A stretch of 61,197 nucleotides of DNA from Chlamydiales bacterium (lineage in GTDB: Bacteria > Chlamydiota > Chlamydiia > Chlamydiales > JACRBE01). Positions 58,059 to 61,197 of the stretch are shown here, piece by piece. The translations under genes were made by a program, and so were the position numbers. Every line of letters starts with the position of its first letter. Position 1 is the first letter of the stretch. The notes beneath the pieces were generated by a model. That model did no database searches and was not told where the DNA came from. It saw only the letters and a list, made by a program, of their open reading frames with translations. The DNA lies in NCBI GenBank assembly GCA_016213235.1, contig JACRBE010000059.1, forward strand, positions 1 to 61,197, in the 5' to 3' direction.

Positions 58059-59030
58059 TTAAGCAAGGATTGTTTTACTAGCTTGTCCTGGAATTTCTAC
58101 AGCGTATCTAGGTACTGCATAACCCGGTAAAAGCATACGAAGGTTGTCTATAAGTTTTATTGCAATATCTCTTTCTACAAAAAATGACTCTGCACCTTTT
58201 ACTTTATCTAATTCAAACAAATAATAAGGCATGATGCCTATTTGAATAAGGGTGCTGTATAATTCTACTAATGCTTCAAGAGAATCATTCACATCTTTTA
58301 ATAGGACGCTATGGCTTAAAATAGGAATTCCTAATCTTGCCAGTTTTTTGATTGCATTTATAATATCCGCATCTAATTCTTTAGGATGATTGATATGGAC
58401 AACGAAAACTACTTGATAGATGCGGTCTTGTAATAGGTTTAACAAACCTTCTGTAATACGCTCTGGTATACCGATCATAAAGCGAGTGTGAAAACGCACG
58501 ATCTTAACATGAGATATAGATTCTAAATGATCTAGCAGCTCGGATAGAGCGCCATCATCCAGGGAAAGAGGGTCTCCACCGCTTAAAATTACCTCTTGGA
58601 TAGAAGGATTTGCTTTTATAAATGTTAATTCTTCTTCCAATGACTTACGAGCTACTTCATAAGGAAAATTTTGTCTAAAGCAGTATCTGCAGTGCATGGC
58701 ACATGCACTGGTGGGCAGCATGAGTGCCCTATAGTGGTATTTTTGCAATAATTTATCTGATTGTTTAAATGCAATATCTTGGACAGGATCTAGTTGAAAA
58801 CCATCTAGCACCACGTCGTTTTTTACAGGGACAAACTGTAAAAAGAGAGGGTCTTTCAAATTGTTTTTTTCTATTTTTTCGGCAATTCGTTTGGGTAGGT
58901 TTAAAGGAAAATTTCGTTTCTGTACAAGCAGATGCCTAGATATATGATCGATTTCTAAAAAATCGATTAACGTTTCAATAGAGCGAAAGTTTTGTTTTAG
59001 TATGGTTTTCCAGTAAGTCATGGCGGGCAT
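58059..59030 (-). CDS. epmB: KamA-family radical SAM enzyme (EF-P beta-lysylation EpmB-like)
   Basis: CAMHCRYCFR, EVILSGGDPL, RFHTR, HINHP, LDKVKG. Confidence 0.85.
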   Translation of the reverse strand: MPAMTYWKTILKQNFRSIETLIDFLEIDHISRHLLVQKRNFPLNLPKRIAEKIEKNNLKDPLFLQFVPVKNDVVLDGFQLDPVQDIAFKQSDKLLQKYHYRALMLPTSACAMHCRYCFRQNFPYEVARKSLEEELTFIKANPSIQEVILSGGDPLSLDDGALSELLDHLESISHVKIVRFHTRFMIGIPERITEGLLNLLQDRIYQVVFVVHINHPKELDADIINAIKKLARLGIPILSHSVLLKDVNDSLEALVELYSTLIQIGIMPYYLFELDKVKGAESFFVERDIAIKLIDNLRMLLPGYAVPRYAVEIPGQASKTILA

Positions 59031-59223
59031 TATAATGAATTTAAGGAATTAACAAAAAAAGTATTTTTTATAACCATAAAAATAGATTAAAAATATTATT
59101 TTAATTCGCTAAGTAAATGGGTTTGTTTTGTTTTAATTGCGGCGTTTATTGTTTTTTAATAAAATGAAGTTAAAATATAACGACAGCGACTTCATAAAGC
59201 GGTAATGGTTAGTAGAATGCTGA

Positions 59224-60603
59224 TCATACAAGCGCTTTTTCTAACTGCTTTGCCGAAGGTAATGGCACGGATAGCGGGACTCGTTGGATATCAGCACCCA
59301 GTTGTCGTAATTTCCCATCAATATCTTCATATCCTCTATCTAAAAAATGAAGATTAGAGATAACACTCTCTTCTTTTGCAAGCAGCGCTGCCATGACGTA
59401 GGCAAATCCGGCTCTTAAATCAGGAATGGAGATGTCTTTTGCCTTTAAAACGCTAGGCCCTTTAATAACTAAGGAATGAGAAAAATCTCTTGATTCAAAG
59501 CGACAAGTTTTTCCTCCGAGGCAGCAGGTAAATAATTCTGCATCTGCCCCCATCTCTTTTAATGTTTGAATATAACCAAAGCGATTTTCATAGACTGTTT
59601 CATGAATAATCGAAGATCCATTTGCTTGTGTTAATAAGATCACAAATGGTTGTTGCCAATCTGTTAAAAATCCTGGGTAAACATCTGTTTCAATATGCAT
59701 GCCACCTTTCAAAGGGCCCTGGTAGAAAAATTCAATGCCGTTGTTTTTAATAGAAAAACCACCTCCGAGTTCGCGGAGCTTATTTAAAAAGGTGACCATA
59801 TGTTCTTGCATGGCACCTTTTACAAAAACACGCCCTTTCGTAGCAATTGCTGCCATACCAAATGATGCAGCTTCAATACGATCACAAACAACCGTATGCT
59901 GCACTTCATGAAATTCTTTTACCCCCTTCACAACAATGGTGCGGTTCACATCCACATGAATAATAGCGCCAAGTTTTTGTAAAAATAAAATCAGATCCAT
60001 GATCTCTGGTTCTACTGCAGCATTTTTAATTACTGTAGTGCCGACTGCTCTTGTTGCTGCTAAAATAGTATTTTCCGTGGCTCCTACAGAAGGATAGGGG
60101 AATTCTACGATATTTCCTTGCAGTCCTTTGTGTGCTTGAGCAAAATATGCGCCATCTTTTTTCATCGCTCGATATTCAATATGTGCACCAAGACTTTCTA
60201 ATGCACTGATATGAAAATCAACGGATCTTTTCCCAATATTGCATCCACCAACGGTGGGAACAACAATATCTTCACTAGTACGAGCAAGCAGAGCTCCGAT
60301 CATTAAAATGGGTATTCTATTTGCGCCTGAAAAGCGTTGAGGAACATAAGTAGAAAGAATTTCTGGTGTGATTACTTCAAGGATATGATTTTCTTTATCC
60401 CAATTTGCATGCATGCCGATCTCTTTACAAAATTCGAGCGTAATGGCTACCTCGGTAATATTAGGGACATTATGAAATACACATTTTTTGTCCGATAAAA
60501 GGGAAGCTACAATCATTTTTGTGATTGCATTTTTAGCGCCTGCTGCGTGTACTTCCCCTTGCAAGGGGATTCCACCTTTTATTTTTAGAATTTCCATAGA
60601 CAT
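59224..60603 (-). CDS. murA: UDP-N-acetylglucosamine 1-carboxyvinyltransferase
   Basis: GAKNA, GGCNIGKR, SVGATEN, DRIEA, YPGFLTD, YENRF, DLRAG, RGYE. Confidence 0.98.
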   Translation of the reverse strand: MSMEILKIKGGIPLQGEVHAAGAKNAITKMIVASLLSDKKCVFHNVPNITEVAITLEFCKEIGMHANWDKENHILEVITPEILSTYVPQRFSGANRIPILMIGALLARTSEDIVVPTVGGCNIGKRSVDFHISALESLGAHIEYRAMKKDGAYFAQAHKGLQGNIVEFPYPSVGATENTILAATRAVGTTVIKNAAVEPEIMDLILFLQKLGAIIHVDVNRTIVVKGVKEFHEVQHTVVCDRIEAASFGMAAIATKGRVFVKGAMQEHMVTFLNKLRELGGGFSIKNNGIEFFYQGPLKGGMHIETDVYPGFLTDWQQPFVILLTQANGSSIIHETVYENRFGYIQTLKEMGADAELFTCCLGGKTCRFESRDFSHSLVIKGPSVLKAKDISIPDLRAGFAYVMAALLAKEESVISNLHFLDRGYEDIDGKLRQLGADIQRVPLSVPLPSAKQLEKALV

Positions 60604-60621
60604 GCTTTAAAATTGGTCGAC

Positions 60622-60649
60622 ATTATACATTTCTGTATATCGCTTGCAA
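60622..60649 (-). promoter_or_regulatory. Putative sigma66/70 promoter of murA
   Basis: Minus strand TTGCAA-16 bp-TATAAT. Confidence 0.55.
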
Positions 60650-60711
60650 TAATTTCTTTCCATTTAATGAAAAACAAATGATACAATCGTCTCTCAAAAT
60701 AGAGAAAAAAA

Positions 60712-61194
60712 ATGAGATTTTATTCTGGTATTGGCCAAGATTCCCATCGTTTTTTACCACCTGATGTAGAAAAATCTTGCATCATAGGTGGCATTGTATT
60801 TGAAGGTATACCGGGGCTTGATGCAGATTCCGATGGCGATGTGATTTTGCATGCTATTTGCAATGCAATTAGCTCTATTACTCACGTTCCCATACTTGGA
60901 AAAATTGCTCCTAAACTATGTTTTGAAGAGCATATTCGTGACAGCAGTGTTTATTTACAGCATGCAATGGATACATTAAAAGAGATAAAAATTCATCATG
61001 TAGCAATTACTGTAGAAGGAAAAAGACCCCGCATGCAATCTAGAGTAGATCAAATAAGATTTCATATTGCTAAACTAATGGATTTAGATGTGTCGCAAGT
61101 AGGACTTACCGTGACGTCCGGAGATGGGCTCAGTGACTTTGGCAGGGGAGATGGACTGCAATGCTTTTGCATTGTCACTGCAGTAAAGATGTGA
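60712..61194 (+). CDS. ispF: 2-C-methyl-D-erythritol 2,4-cyclodiphosphate synthase
   Basis: GIGQDSHRF, SDGDVILHA, GRGDG. Confidence 0.92.
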   Translation: MRFYSGIGQDSHRFLPPDVEKSCIIGGIVFEGIPGLDADSDGDVILHAICNAISSITHVPILGKIAPKLCFEEHIRDSSVYLQHAMDTLKEIKIHHVAITVEGKRPRMQSRVDQIRFHIAKLMDLDVSQVGLTVTSGDGLSDFGRGDGLQCFCIVTAVKM

Positions 61195-61197
61195 TTA

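Noticed and set aside
1..61197. CRISPR array, rRNA, intact prophage or integrase
   Set aside because: No repeat-spacer array, rRNA-like sequence, or phage structural or integrase genes were recognised.

Overview
Low-GC chromosomal window from an environmental member of the phylum Chlamydiae. Markers are a TLC-family nucleotide transporter, the rho-coaE-polA-sohB block, a membrane RsbU near eno, dnaQ-engB-tsaE-DUF2709 and a CT602-like gene beside ahpC. Most of 14-61 kb is core housekeeping. Small accessory patches interrupt it: a 1060-aa orphan effector-like protein, a tRNA-Arg-linked islet (Bro-N remnant, TetR, SnoaL), an IS1634 remnant, a long imperfect hairpin, and an AbiEi/AbiEii type IV toxin-antitoxin pair whose toxin has a C-terminal extension. 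The standout is 1-14.3 kb. Apart from uvrD, all 12 genes there encode glycan-building or glycan-modifying enzymes or cluster-associated proteins: ABO-like GT6, tandem GT2, GT90/CAP10, exostosin/GT47-like, NodZ/GT23-like fucosyltransferase, two paralogous GT-B proteins, a DxD protein, a sulfotransferase, two SAM methyltransferases and DUF1796. Each begins with what reads by eye as a Sec signal peptide, and so do a further GT-like gene at 21 kb and the GDP-mannose 4,6-dehydratase at 34 kb. This points to an exported, Golgi-like glycosylation system acting outside the bacterial cytoplasm. All family calls come from motif recognition by eye; no searches were run.
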